Assembly: GCA_964406775.1 (NCBI GenBank)
Contig: CAYOSW010000006.1
Span: forward strand, 1-57,853
Source of the DNA: an uncultured Gammaproteobacteria bacterium
GTDB lineage: Bacteria; Patescibacteriota; Microgenomatia; Daviesbacterales; UBA10151
Direction: 5' to 3'
DNA: 57,853 bases
This document shows, piece after piece, positions 19,041 through 28,617 of the stretch. The position numbers were made by a program, and so were the translations under genes. The notes under the pieces were generated by a model, which ran no database searches, was not told where the DNA came from, and was given only the letters and a program-made list of their open reading frames with translations. The first letter of the stretch is position 1; every line of letters begins with the position of its first letter.

Positions 19041-19478
19041 ATGAAATTGCCCAAAGACGTCGTTCTCTCCACCAAGACTTTTGTCATTTCCCACATAGTA
19101 ATTCTGACACTCGGACTTATTTTTTTCGGGGGCCTTTACTATATTTTGTATCAGGATAAATTCCAACCCGCTTTTTTAAAATATAATCCGGTTACAAGAG
19201 AGCCTGTAAGCCTATTTTTAGAAGTTTCAGCACCGGAAGACGAAATTTTGGTGGCTGATGACAGCTTATTGATATCAGGAAAAACCGGTCCTGATTTTAC
19301 CGTGATAATTTCGGATAACGACACAGATGCCGGACTTCAGTCCGGAAAAGACGGCGGATTCAGTAAAGTAATCACCCTGGATGAAGGCGCAAACATTATT
19401 GAAATCACCGCCTTCGATACGGAAGGAAACCGTAAAACCGTAACGCGCTCGGTTTATTACTCAAAGGAGAAACTATGA
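19041..19478 (+). CDS. Membrane-anchored protein with an Ig-like (glucodextranase-B type) domain
   Basis: One TM; ISGKT..G.FS..ITL.EG.N.I.ITAFD..GN. Confidence 0.75.
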   Translation: MKLPKDVVLSTKTFVISHIVILTLGLIFFGGLYYILYQDKFQPAFLKYNPVTREPVSLFLEVSAPEDEILVADDSLLISGKTGPDFTVIISDNDTDAGLQSGKDGGFSKVITLDEGANIIEITAFDTEGNRKTVTRSVYYSKEKL

Positions 19479-20221
19479 AGAAAAGTAAAAAGTACGAGAC
19501 TCGAAGTATGAAAAAATATTTAGTTGTTATATCCCTAATTCTTACTTCATACTTCATACTTCATACTTCCACATCTGCCCAAACTGCAACACCCTCAGGA
19601 TCATTAATTGAAAAGCTGGATGCATTAAAGAAAGAAATTGCCTCAAAAGCCGCTGAAATTAAAACTGAGATAAATAAAAAGGTTCAGGACAAGGCAATAA
19701 TGGGAACTATTTTAAAGATTGAAGATTCGCAAATTGTGATTGAATCATTAAACGGCAATAAAAACGTTAAGTACGATGAATTTACGGAAGTTATCGGACT
19801 AGGTAATAAAAAAATAAAGATTCAGACTCTTGAGGAAAAAGACGGTATTGCTGCCCTCGGAGATGTTGATGATAAAAACACTCTTGTCGCAAAAAGGCTG
19901 GTTTTCCTTCCTGATTTCGCGACTGGTTCCGCTGAATTGGTTTGGGGACAGATTCAAAAATCTTCCGGAGGCACTATTACAGTAAAGACAAAATCCGGCC
20001 AAACCGATACGGTTTTAACTAACGGACAAACGGAATTTTTCCTCGGAAATAATGAATCCTCTTTTGCTGATGCCAAACCGGAAAAATTTATGACCGCCCG
20101 GGGAATCAGACTCAAGGACGGGAGTCTCCGGGCAAGATTTATTTATTTCATACCGTCTGTAGGATTTGTTAAACCTGATAAAAACAAAACGGCAACCAAA
20201 AGTTCTGAGGCTAAAAATTAA
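19475..20221 (+). CDS. Secreted protein: coiled coil plus two DUF5666-like OB-type repeats
   Basis: Signal peptide ending TSAQ; repeated G.I.K..G..I.V...... motif; likely start at the second ATG (19508). Confidence 0.7.
   Translation: MKKSKKYETRSMKKYLVVISLILTSYFILHTSTSAQTATPSGSLIEKLDALKKEIASKAAEIKTEINKKVQDKAIMGTILKIEDSQIVIESLNGNKNVKYDEFTEVIGLGNKKIKIQTLEEKDGIAALGDVDDKNTLVAKRLVFLPDFATGSAELVWGQIQKSSGGTITVKTKSGQTDTVLTNGQTEFFLGNNESSFADAKPEKFMTARGIRLKDGSLRARFIYFIPSVGFVKPDKNKTATKSSEAKN
19543..19569 (+). repeat. Heptamer tandem repeat (TACTTCA) x about 4 inside signal-peptide coding sequence
   Basis: tacttca tacttca tacttca tacttc. Confidence 0.9.
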
Positions 20222-21330
20222 AGATATTTATCTTTTTGTTCTTCCTTCAATTTTTCAACAACTTTTTTAACATCCTGAGTCGCATTATTCTTGGCAATGA
20301 GAAGGGTGTCGCCGGTATCGATAATAATCAAATCCTCGACACCTACCGCCGCTACCAGTTTTTTACCGGCATCGATAAGTAAGTTTTTACTTCCGATATT
20401 CACAACCTCAGTCTCGCCGTTAACGGCCAGTCCGTGCATATTTTTTTCCCGTAGATCAAATACAACTTTCCAATCCCCTACGTCCGACCAACCGAAATCG
20501 CCGGGAATGACAACCAGATTCTTAACTTTTTCCGAAACTTCGTAATCGATCGAATCCGGACTGCCTAATTTTCCATAGACTTCTTCAAGAAGTTTATCCA
20601 GATTTTCTTTCCCGGCTTTTTCGGATATTTCCTTAACGCCTTTATACACTTCCTGTGAATACTCCTCGAACGCTTTCATAATCGAATTAGTCGACCAGCA
20701 GTATAAATTGGCGTTCCAGAGGTACTGACCCGAGGCAACAAAAGATTGAGCGGTGACCAGATTCGGTTTCTCTTTAAATTCAACCCCTTTAAAAACAAAT
20801 CCTTTTTCGGCAACTCCAGAAAGTTCTTCTAGCTCCTTTCCTATTTTTATATAACCCAAACCGGTATGGGGAAATTCAGGCTTAATCCCGACCGCCACAA
20901 TATAGTCACCCGAGGAAGCAACACGTAAAGCCGCGAGAGCATTCATCCGGAAGCGTTCTTCGTTCTTAATCACGTGATCCGCGGCAAGATAAATTACAGA
21001 AGCATTCGGATTTCTGGAATGGATAACCGCGGCTGCAGTACCCATAGCCATCGCAGTATTTTTAGCAACCGGCTCCCCTATGATATTTTTTTCAGGGATT
21101 TTAGGAAGCTGCTCAGCCACTTCCTTAGCGTGTGCCTTATTAGTAATAACGTAGATGTTTTCTGCAGGAACAAGACCGTCAACCCGCTCGTAAGTAGTCT
21201 GAACTAAAGTTTTATCTCCCAAAAGTTTTAATAAATGTTTCGGATGTGCTTTGCGGGATGCAGGCCAAAGGCGTGTTCCTCCTCCTCCGGCCAAAATTAC
21301 AGCATAATAATTTTCGGTATTTTCACTCAC
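20218..21330 (-). CDS. manC: Mannose-1-phosphate guanylyltransferase
   Basis: ILAGGGGTRLWPASR..PK, FKEKP, WNANLY, SIDYEVSE, WSDVGDW. Confidence 0.92.
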   Translation of the reverse strand: MSENTENYYAVILAGGGGTRLWPASRKAHPKHLLKLLGDKTLVQTTYERVDGLVPAENIYVITNKAHAKEVAEQLPKIPEKNIIGEPVAKNTAMAMGTAAAVIHSRNPNASVIYLAADHVIKNEERFRMNALAALRVASSGDYIVAVGIKPEFPHTGLGYIKIGKELEELSGVAEKGFVFKGVEFKEKPNLVTAQSFVASGQYLWNANLYCWSTNSIMKAFEEYSQEVYKGVKEISEKAGKENLDKLLEEVYGKLGSPDSIDYEVSEKVKNLVVIPGDFGWSDVGDWKVVFDLREKNMHGLAVNGETEVVNIGSKNLLIDAGKKLVAAVGVEDLIIIDTGDTLLIAKNNATQDVKKVVEKLKEEQKDKYL

Positions 21331-21396
21331 AACATAAAATACTGTATAACTTTAGATATCAAAATACAAGAATCGCCTGATAACTTATAGTAAATA

Positions 21397-21425
21397 TTGA
21401 CAAATTAAATCCTGTTTGCTAAACT
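21397..21425 (+). promoter_or_regulatory. Sigma70 promoter of the hisG leader
   Basis: TTGACA-17-TAAACT. Confidence 0.85.
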
Positions 21426-21448
21426 TTATTTCTTAACATTTAAATACA

Positions 21449-21635
21449 AGCGCTATTACCGGAGTCACGATCCGGGAGCTGAGGGCCAAATACCCTACGG
21501 AAGTGAAACCGTAAAATATCACAGACGATGTCACAGTAAACTGCGGAGTCGCCACTAAGAGTCTTAAGAAAGAAATTTTTTAGGAAACAAGGATGGGACC
21601 GCGGGAGCGGTCTTTTTTTGACCCTTCCGTTCCTT
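21449..21635 (+). ncRNA. T-box riboswitch, histidine-specific (predicted)
   Basis: Stem III CTTAAGAAA-gaaa-TTTTTTAGG, then AAACAAGGA-TGGGACC-GCG. Antiterminator: AAGGA/TCCTT and GCGGGAG/CTTCCGT around a 7-nt bulge at 21594-21600. CAC codons at 21466-68, 21520-22 and 21532-34. Confidence 0.88.
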
Positions 21636-21680
21636 GATCACTACTTTATTTGTAGTGGCCAAAGAACGGGAGGTTTTTTT
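21623..21680 (+). terminator. Intrinsic terminator mutually exclusive with the T-box antiterminator
   Basis: CCTTCCGTTC...GAACGGGAGG stem followed by a T run; shares CTTCCGTTCCTT with the antiterminator. Confidence 0.9.
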
Positions 21681-21707
21681 ATCTTTAAGAATTAGACAAA
21701 TTTTATT

Positions 21708-22628
21708 ATGTTAGATCAGGAACAACGACTAAGATTATCTATACAGAAAGGCAGCAGACTTGGAGAAAAATCCGAGGCGATTCTTCGTGCTGGTGGGTTA
21801 AAATTTCAGGGATTTGACGGAAGTGCAAGGCTTTTTAGCCCCGTATCGGGATTTCCGCTTGATATTTATTTTGACAGACACAACGATATTGCGGAAAACG
21901 TCGAAGCTGGCGTAACCCATTTAGGAATAGTCGGGCAAAACATAGTTACGGAATCGAGAGTGAGAGTTACGCAGCTTATGACTTTAGGATTTGGAAGGTG
22001 CCGCTTAGTAGTTGCAGCTCCCAAAGGAATCACATCAGTCGAACAATTAAGCGGAGGCACGATAGTCACTAGTTATCCAAATTCTGCAGACGACCACTTC
22101 GGTTTGCGAGGAGTCAAAGTAAGCGTGGTAGAGAGGTCAGGATCTATAGAATCATATGTCGGACGCGGATATGACGGGATTGTGGATTTAGTAGATACAG
22201 GGCGAACCCTTAGGGAACAAGGATTGTTCGAGGTAGAAGAAATATACAAATCAGAGGCTGTTTTAGTAGCCGATCCAAATATTAAGAATATAAAGGGCGC
22301 GGAGCGGGTTGTTTTGAGCGTAGTAAGAAGAATATTATCCGCGCAACGAGCTGAGGGCAAAACTTACATAGCCTTGAACGCGCCAACGAAGGCAATCCCA
22401 CAGATTGCTGAGAGAATCCCCGGGGAAACATCCCCAACAGTGAGCCGTTTAAAAAAGAGGGGCTGGTCAGCAGTGTCCGTAGTGGTTCCGAAAGATCAGC
22501 TTGATGAGATCGTTGATGATATTCAAGAATGTGGAGCAGAAAAAATAGTAGAACTTGCAATGCCCAGAATGTTTCCTGATAGAAATGATCCAGAAGTTTT
22601 GGCAATCATGAGTAAGCTTAATAAATAA
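21708..22628 (+). CDS. hisG: ATP phosphoribosyltransferase, long form with C-terminal regulatory domain
   Basis: LSIQKGSRL, LGIVGQN..E, LGFGRCRL, TSYPN, GSIE, IVDLVDTGRTL; HisG_C (LNAP..PTVS.L..W.AV). Confidence 0.93.
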   Translation: MLDQEQRLRLSIQKGSRLGEKSEAILRAGGLKFQGFDGSARLFSPVSGFPLDIYFDRHNDIAENVEAGVTHLGIVGQNIVTESRVRVTQLMTLGFGRCRLVVAAPKGITSVEQLSGGTIVTSYPNSADDHFGLRGVKVSVVERSGSIESYVGRGYDGIVDLVDTGRTLREQGLFEVEEIYKSEAVLVADPNIKNIKGAERVVLSVVRRILSAQRAEGKTYIALNAPTKAIPQIAERIPGETSPTVSRLKKRGWSAVSVVVPKDQLDEIVDDIQECGAEKIVELAMPRMFPDRNDPEVLAIMSKLNK

Positions 22629-22638
22629 TCCGGATTTG

Positions 22639-22667
22639 TTTACTAAAAAAATTAAACTTGTTAAGAT
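22639..22667 (+). promoter_or_regulatory. Internal promoter for hisS
   Basis: TTTACT-17-TAAGAT, then GAGG RBS and ATG. Confidence 0.55.
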
Positions 22668-22678
22668 TGAGGTAATTT

Positions 22679-23896
22679 ATGAAACTGCAAACACCAAAAG
22701 GATTCAGGGATTTTTTGCCGGTAGACGCGCTGAAGCGCGAGGCTATTCTTGAGAAAATCATAGCGGTCTATAAAAAATTCGGTTTTGAACCTCTGGAAAC
22801 GCCTACTCTCGAGTTTGAAGAAACTCTGATGGGTAAATACGGTGAAGAAGAAAAACTTATTTACAGCTTTGAATCCAAGGGCGGTGATAAATTAGCGCTA
22901 AGATACGACCAGACAATTCCTCTTGTGAGAGTCATAGCCCAATGGGGTCCGGTGGGCGCTCAAAAAATAATTCTGCCATTTAAACGCTACCAGGTTCAGA
23001 GCGCTTTCCGCGGAGAAAATACCCAAAAAGGCCGGTACAGGGAATTCCTGCAGTGTGATGCGGACATAGTCGGAGTCTCAACTCCTCTTTGTGATGCGGA
23101 AATTCTGGCGCTGGTTTATGAAATTTATAAAGCTTTAAATATCGAAGTTGTAATAAAGGTCAACGACAGATCATTAATTTCCGAATTTGAACCAAAATAT
23201 TTATCAGCTATCGACAAACTTAACAAAATCGGCACCGAAGGGGTTATTGCCGAACTTTCCGCAAAGGGAATGACCGGGACCGAGGCTGCCCAGACTATGG
23301 AGAAAATTAAACAGCTTAAGCCGTCGGATAATTTACAGGAATCAATTACCACTTTTGAAAAAATGGGTTATCCTGCCGAGGCATTAGAGTTCTCCCCCAC
23401 TTTAGTACGCGGACTGGATTATTACACCGGGATAATACTCGAAGTTGTATTAAAAAACGATCCGAACGGTTCATCCATCGCCGGAGGCGGACGGTACGAT
23501 AAGATTATCGGACAATTCACAGGAATTGATATTCCGGCTGTCGGTTTCTCTATCGGTTTTGACCGGACTTTGGAAATTCTCGAGCAGTACAACCTAATGC
23601 CGAAAGTGCAAACCCCGACTCAGGTTATGGTCGTCTTCAATTCGGCAGATTTTGAGACAAAAGCATTATCGATTCTTGCAAATTTAAGAAATTCAGGGAT
23701 AAACGCCGAGATTTGGCTTGATCCGGCTACAAAACTTGAGAAGCAGCTAAAATACGCCGATGCAAAAGGCATAGGATTTATGGTTATTGTCGGACTTTTG
23801 GAGAACGAACCGGAGAATCAGGTTATATTAAAGAATTTGAGCGAAAGATCCCAGGAAACTGTTGAAATTCCGCAACTGATCGAAAAATTGAAGTGA
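22679..23896 (+). CDS. hisS: Histidine--tRNA ligase
   Basis: PKGFRD, LRYDQT, FRGENTQKGRYREFLQCDAD, RGLDYYTG, GGGRYD, GFDR; C-terminal anticodon-binding domain. Confidence 0.95.
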   Translation: MKLQTPKGFRDFLPVDALKREAILEKIIAVYKKFGFEPLETPTLEFEETLMGKYGEEEKLIYSFESKGGDKLALRYDQTIPLVRVIAQWGPVGAQKIILPFKRYQVQSAFRGENTQKGRYREFLQCDADIVGVSTPLCDAEILALVYEIYKALNIEVVIKVNDRSLISEFEPKYLSAIDKLNKIGTEGVIAELSAKGMTGTEAAQTMEKIKQLKPSDNLQESITTFEKMGYPAEALEFSPTLVRGLDYYTGIILEVVLKNDPNGSSIAGGGRYDKIIGQFTGIDIPAVGFSIGFDRTLEILEQYNLMPKVQTPTQVMVVFNSADFETKALSILANLRNSGINAEIWLDPATKLEKQLKYADAKGIGFMVIVGLLENEPENQVILKNLSERSQETVEIPQLIEKLK

Positions 23897-24837
23897 ATTC
23901 GGAAATTCTAAAAAAACCGGTCTTTTACTTAGCTATAATTGCTGCCCACGCTATTTGGGGCGGGAATTATGTTTTTGCCAAAATTACCCTTGAGGAAATC
24001 CCCGTAATGTCACTCGGTTTTTTGCGTTACGGACTTGCCAGCCTTCTCATAATCCCCTTTCTCTTAAGTCTTGAGGGGAAGGATAAAAAAATCAGAATTG
24101 ATCATCTTCCGAAACTGGTTTTCGGAGCATTGCTTATTGCCTGTATAAACATCGCGTTTTTCTATATGGGTTTAAAACGCACTACGGCTATCGACGCATC
24201 AGTCCTCGAATTATCAATTCCTGTTATCTCGGTAATCGCCGGATGGTGGTTTTTAAAGGAAAAAATCTACTCCGCTAATTTAGTCGGAATTATCATCAGT
24301 CTTCTCGGAGCTTTATCGGTTATCGGAATCCCTCTTTTATTTTTCGGCAACTTCTCAAGCAAGCAACTTTCGGGCAATTTATTAATACTTGCCTCCTCAG
24401 TCTCTTTTGTAATCGGATCGATGATTTTTAAGTCTATGCTTAAAACTTATAAACCCGTCGTTCTTACGGCAGTAACTTTTCTTATTGCCACAGTTGCCTT
24501 TGCACTTCCGGCTTTTATGGAATATCTGCAAAACCCCGGTTGGATTTTAAAGGTTAGTATATTGGGGATTTTCGGTTTGATTTATATTACGGTCCTCTCT
24601 TCAATTTGCGCGTATTTCCTGCTTCTTTGGGGTCTTAATAGGATTCCGTTGTCCCACGCCAATATGATTCAATATCTGGAACCGGCTGTTGCCGCAACCC
24701 TCGCTGTCCCACTTTTGGGCGAGCGTATTTCTTTTTCTTTTATTATCGGCACCTGCCTGATAATTTTAGGCGTATATTGGGGTACGCTAGGTAAAGACGA
24801 ACACCACCATATCCGCCACAAACACCATAGAAGCTAG
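23893..24837 (+). CDS. EamA/DMT-family transporter with His-rich C-terminal tail
   Basis: 10 [19 protein letters not shown]; GTGA overlap with the hisS stop; ends [12 protein letters not shown]. Confidence 0.88.
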   Translation: MNSEILKKPVFYLAIIAAHAIWGGNYVFAKITLEEIPVMSLGFLRYGLASLLIIPFLLSLEGKDKKIRIDHLPKLVFGALLIACINIAFFYMGLKRTTAIDASVLELSIPVISVIAGWWFLKEKIYSANLVGIIISLLGALSVIGIPLLFFGNFSSKQLSGNLLILASSVSFVIGSMIFKSMLKTYKPVVLTAVTFLIATVAFALPAFMEYLQNPGWILKVSILGIFGLIYITVLSSICAYFLLLWGLNRIPLSHANMIQYLEPAVAATLAVPLLGERISFSFIIGTCLIILGVYWGTLGKDEHHHIRHKHHRS

Positions 24838-24889
24838 TCTAAACAGACACTTTGTTTTTACGCTCGTTTTCTGTTATACTAACAGCCGT

Positions 24890-25216
24890 ATGAAACAGAA
24901 TATTCATCCTGGCTGGAATAGCAACGCTGTTGTCACCTGCGCTTGCGGTGCGACTTTTACGACCGGTTCGACTATGGATTCTATTCGCGTTGATATTTGC
25001 TCCAAATGTCACCCACTTTTTACAGGCCAGCAGAAATTGGTTGATACTTTAGGTCAGGTTGATAAGTTCAAGAAATTTACCGAAAAAGCTCAGGTTAAAG
25101 GCGAGGAAAGACGCAAGATTCAGGAAGCCAGAGCTCAAAAGAGAGCAGTTGAGAAAACAGATAAACCTTCGCTTAAAGATTTACTAATGCAGGCCCGCAA
25201 AAACCTCCGCAGTTAG
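24890..25216 (+). CDS. rpmE: 50S ribosomal protein L31 (Zn-binding type, C-terminal extension)
   Basis: [19 protein letters not shown]. Confidence 0.95.
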   Translation: MKQNIHPGWNSNAVVTCACGATFTTGSTMDSIRVDICSKCHPLFTGQQKLVDTLGQVDKFKKFTEKAQVKGEERRKIQEARAQKRAVEKTDKPSLKDLLMQARKNLRS

Positions 25217-25269
25217 ATACTCCCAAAAATTGTACAATAATTACAGGGTTTTAGCGCCCGGTTAAAAGT

Positions 25270-26211
25270 ATGGACGATTATTTAAAACAGCAAATTACCG
25301 ATATTGATACCAGAATTGAAGAAATTAAGCCTCTGCTTGATGATCCGGAGATGGCGGCTCTCGCTAAAGCTGAGATTGAAGATCTGGAAAAACAAAAACA
25401 GGAATTAACCGATTCCGCCTCAACTCCGATGTCCGATTCCGACTCTGAAGAATATGAGGATGATGATATAAATCCGAATATTGCCATATTGGAAATCCGT
25501 TCGGCAGCCGGAGGCGATGAGGCCGGCCTTTTTGCCGGAGATTTACTCAGGATGTATTTAAGATACGGCGAGGGGAAAAACTGGAAATCAACCGAGCTTG
25601 ACCGCTCAGAAGGAAATTTAGGACAAATCAAATCGGTTACTGTTGAGATAAAAGGTAAAAATGCTTATACCGATTTACAATACGAATCTGGAGTGCATCG
25701 GGTCCAAAGAGTCCCTAAAACTGAATCGGGAGGAAGAATTCATACTTCCACTGCTACTGTTGCAGTTCTGCCTGAAGTTAAAGAATCCGAGATTTATATT
25801 AACCCCGCAGATATTTCTTTTGAGAGCTTTAGATCAGGAGGCGCCGGAGGCCAAAACGTTAATAAAGTTTCAACTGCAGTCCGCTTGATTCATAAACCGA
25901 CTGGCATCGTTGTAACCTGCCAAACAGAACGTTCCCAGCTTCAAAACCGGGAAAACGCTATGAATTTGCTGCGTGCTAGAATTTGGGAAGCCGAGCAGAA
26001 AGAAAAGTTCGCTGAAGTTGATTCGGCCAGATCTTTAATGGTCGGTGCCGGAGATAGAAGCGAGAAAATTCGTACCTATAATTTTCCACAAAACAGAATT
26101 ACCGATCATAGGATCAATAAATCCTGGTATAATCTCGAACAAATTATGGAAGGCGGACTAGATCCCGTTGTCAAAGCGCTTCGGGACGCAGCGTCAGAAG
26201 GAGCTGAATAA
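25270..26211 (+). CDS. prfA: Peptide chain release factor 1 (short N-domain)
   Basis: PKT anticodon-mimic in [19 protein letters not shown]; GGQ motif; [15 protein letters not shown]. Confidence 0.93.
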   Translation: MDDYLKQQITDIDTRIEEIKPLLDDPEMAALAKAEIEDLEKQKQELTDSASTPMSDSDSEEYEDDDINPNIAILEIRSAAGGDEAGLFAGDLLRMYLRYGEGKNWKSTELDRSEGNLGQIKSVTVEIKGKNAYTDLQYESGVHRVQRVPKTESGGRIHTSTATVAVLPEVKESEIYINPADISFESFRSGGAGGQNVNKVSTAVRLIHKPTGIVVTCQTERSQLQNRENAMNLLRARIWEAEQKEKFAEVDSARSLMVGAGDRSEKIRTYNFPQNRITDHRINKSWYNLEQIMEGGLDPVVKALRDAASEGAE

Positions 26212-26212
26212 T

Positions 26213-26911
26213 TTGAAAAAAGGAGAGAAAATTAAGGCTGTTAAACCTAAACAATACGAGCAGGGATGGACAGAATTTTATAAATTAAAGTTTTTCCTGA
26301 CACCCGATGCACTTATCCCCCGTCCCGAAACCGAACTTTTAGTGGATGAGGTTTTAAAACTTTCAAAAGAGATTAAAGCGGGTGGAAAAGTCCCGACTAT
26401 TATTGATATGGGAACAGGATCGGGAAATGTCGCGATTGCTATAGCCAAAAATTTAGATGAAGTCGGAATAGTTGCAACGGAAATTTCACCTGAAGCCTTG
26501 GAGATTGCAAAAAAGAACGCGAAATTTCACAACGTAGACACAAATAAAATTGTTTTTATAGTCAACGATTTATATGAAAAATTTACGGTTGCACCCGATA
26601 TAATAGTAACGAATCTTCCTTATATTCCGACAGCCCGGCTTATGTATATTGATCCGATGGTAACCGATTGGGAACCGAAAGTAGCTCTCGACGGAGGGGA
26701 AGACGGATTCGGACTCTACAGGAAACTGTTCGCCCAAATCGCAGAAAAGAAGTTATTCCCGAAGTATATTATCGGCGAGATTGATTATACCCACGCTGAA
26801 ATAGTAATGCAGGAATCAAGAAGGTTTTTCCCTCAGGCAAATGCGGACGTCAGGCACGATCTTGCAAAAAAACAGCGCTATTTTGTTATCAGTTTTCCGG
26901 AATCTCTTTAA
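26213..26911 (+). CDS. prmC: Release factor glutamine methyltransferase, N-terminally truncated (likely TTG start at 26213)
   Basis: LIPRPETE, DMGTGSG, NLPY (NPPY variant), ALDGGEDG. Confidence 0.85.
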   Translation: MKKGEKIKAVKPKQYEQGWTEFYKLKFFLTPDALIPRPETELLVDEVLKLSKEIKAGGKVPTIIDMGTGSGNVAIAIAKNLDEVGIVATEISPEALEIAKKNAKFHNVDTNKIVFIVNDLYEKFTVAPDIIVTNLPYIPTARLMYIDPMVTDWEPKVALDGGEDGFGLYRKLFAQIAEKKLFPKYIIGEIDYTHAEIVMQESRRFFPQANADVRHDLAKKQRYFVISFPESL

Positions 26912-27020
26912 TAATTCTTAGATAATACTATATCCGCTGACTAAGTTTTAATTTTTCCCGCCCGGATCAGGGCTGTTGTTTCAACAACTTTATTAACATC
27001 ATCTGGAAATTATAATGAAA

Positions 27021-27272
27021 TTAAGAACCGTTTGCAGCTAATTTTCTTTTTTCGCGTATAGTCTTTTCAGACATACCCCCGCCGATAACTCTTCCTCCGA
27101 CAGTCTTTATCGGGCTTGGAGAGACTTCAGTATAAGGACCCACGATTCTCGCGGCCTCAGGATTCGTTACCGGAATAAGAGACAGACCGGGTCTATCGGG
27201 GCGGTTACTGACAGGCCCACGATTCTCTTTTGTTGAGGGAATAACCCTCATATGCACTCTATCAACTCCCAT
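27021..27272 (-). CDS. Small hypothetical protein
   Basis: ORF with TTGAAA-17-TATATT upstream; no recognisable domain. Confidence 0.45.
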   Translation of the reverse strand: MGVDRVHMRVIPSTKENRGPVSNRPDRPGLSLIPVTNPEAARIVGPYTEVSPSPIKTVGGRVIGGGMSEKTIREKRKLAANGS

Positions 27273-27385
27273 ACTTCATAAAATATAGAATAACTACCGG
27301 AAGTTTTCAAGACGGTATTTATTATTCAAACGAAATACTCCTGGCATTAAGTCAGGAGATGAAGTTTTTGCGAGTAAAGCGAGCA

Positions 27386-27400
27386 CACTGCGAAGCAGTG
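27386..27400. repeat. Short palindrome CACTGC-GAA-GCAGTG (same TGC-NNN-GCA core as the tRNA-adjacent hairpins)
   Basis: Intergenic, downstream of htrA. Confidence 0.5.
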
Positions 27401-27438
27401 GAATAAGAAGATACCATATGCGTAAGCTTATGGGAGAT

Positions 27439-28566
27439 TCATTCTTTATTGGCTTCCTCGAGTGTAGCCTCAATAGCCTTAGTTTCACCCTTGCCCGTTC
27501 CCCCGTCTTTCCAAACTTCAATCTGAATTTTATCCCCGGGTTTTTTACCTCTTATAAATTCAGAAATAAAATTTTGAGTATCAACATTTTTGCCCTCAAT
27601 TTTAGTAATAATATCGCCGGTTTCGATTCCCGCCTTTTGAGCGGGACTGTCTTTCACAACCTCCTGAACATAGGCCCCCTGAGGAACATCGTTAAGCAAT
27701 GCCAAATCCCGAGTAATAACTTTATAACCTACTCCCAGAAACGCCCTGGAAATTTTACCGGTTGAAACGAATTCGTCGATAACCGCTTTTACCGAATTGA
27801 TCGGAATTGCAAAACCGATATTTTGAGCGGAGTCAGAAACGGCAACATTTACTCCGATTACCTCACCGGCGGAGTTTAAGAGCGGCCCTCCGGAATTACC
27901 GGGATTGATTGCCGCATCAGTCTGGATTAAATCATCAAGAAGCTCAACTTGTCTTCCGAACGGATCGCCCGCGCCGATTGAACGCCCGAGTCCCGAAACG
28001 ACCCCAGTGGTTACCGTATTTGAAAACTTCCCTAATGCATTACCGATCGCAATTACTGTTTGGCCTACCTTTAATTTTGACGAATCCCCCATTTTTAAGC
28101 CTTTTAGGCCATCTTGTTTTGTTTTAACTAAAGCCAAATCGAGTGTCGGGTCAAGGTAAATTTTTTCGACTTCCAGCTTTTTGCCGTCTTTTGTAACAAC
28201 AGTATAGTTGGCACCCGTATCTGAAACAACGTGACGGTTTGTGACAATAACACCATTTTCCGAAGCTACAAATCCGGTTCCAATAGTTTCCTGACGGCTC
28301 CGGGGCAAAGCCTCCGGATCGAAAGGGTTAATCACCCTTTGAGTAACACCTATGGCAACCACGGAAGGAGAGGAATCTTCAACGGTCTTAATAACCGCAT
28401 TTTCTTCCTTAACCAACGTCCTTGTTTCCTGGGTCGTATTGCCAGCCTGAGGCAAAGGATTAAGATCGATCTTTAATCTCCCGCTTTTAATCATTCCGGC
28501 GACACCGATGCCGAACAATGTAACTATAAGAAGAGCTATGAGTATTTTTTTTATATTTCGGTCCAT
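27439..28566 (-). CDS. htrA: HtrA/DegP-family serine protease with one PDZ domain
   Basis: TNRHV, TDAAINPGNSGGPL, PDZ (VKDSPAQKAG..GD.I); N-terminal TM. Confidence 0.93.
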   Translation of the reverse strand: MDRNIKKILIALLIVTLFGIGVAGMIKSGRLKIDLNPLPQAGNTTQETRTLVKEENAVIKTVEDSSPSVVAIGVTQRVINPFDPEALPRSRQETIGTGFVASENGVIVTNRHVVSDTGANYTVVTKDGKKLEVEKIYLDPTLDLALVKTKQDGLKGLKMGDSSKLKVGQTVIAIGNALGKFSNTVTTGVVSGLGRSIGAGDPFGRQVELLDDLIQTDAAINPGNSGGPLLNSAGEVIGVNVAVSDSAQNIGFAIPINSVKAVIDEFVSTGKISRAFLGVGYKVITRDLALLNDVPQGAYVQEVVKDSPAQKAGIETGDIITKIEGKNVDTQNFISEFIRGKKPGDKIQIEVWKDGGTGKGETKAIEATLEEANKE

Positions 28567-28617
28567 AAACGTATAAGAGATTAATTATTGATCCTGAGAT
28601 ATTGCTGAGAGACCGGA

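Noticed and set aside
21430-21700. Alternative identities for the hisG leader (SAM-I, c-di-GMP, ykkC/PRPP riboswitch, His-codon leader peptide)
   Set aside because: Their core motifs are absent and there is no His-codon-run ORF; the T-box antiterminator fits fully.
22679-23896. HisZ (HisG regulatory subunit) instead of HisS
   Set aside because: It retains class II motifs 2 and 3 and the anticodon-binding domain, and the adjacent HisG is the long form, which does not need HisZ.
26930-27010. Minus-strand fragment FPDDVNKVVETTALIRAGKIKT and an 11-codon ORF after TATAAT
   Set aside because: No start or family could be assigned; too short to support.
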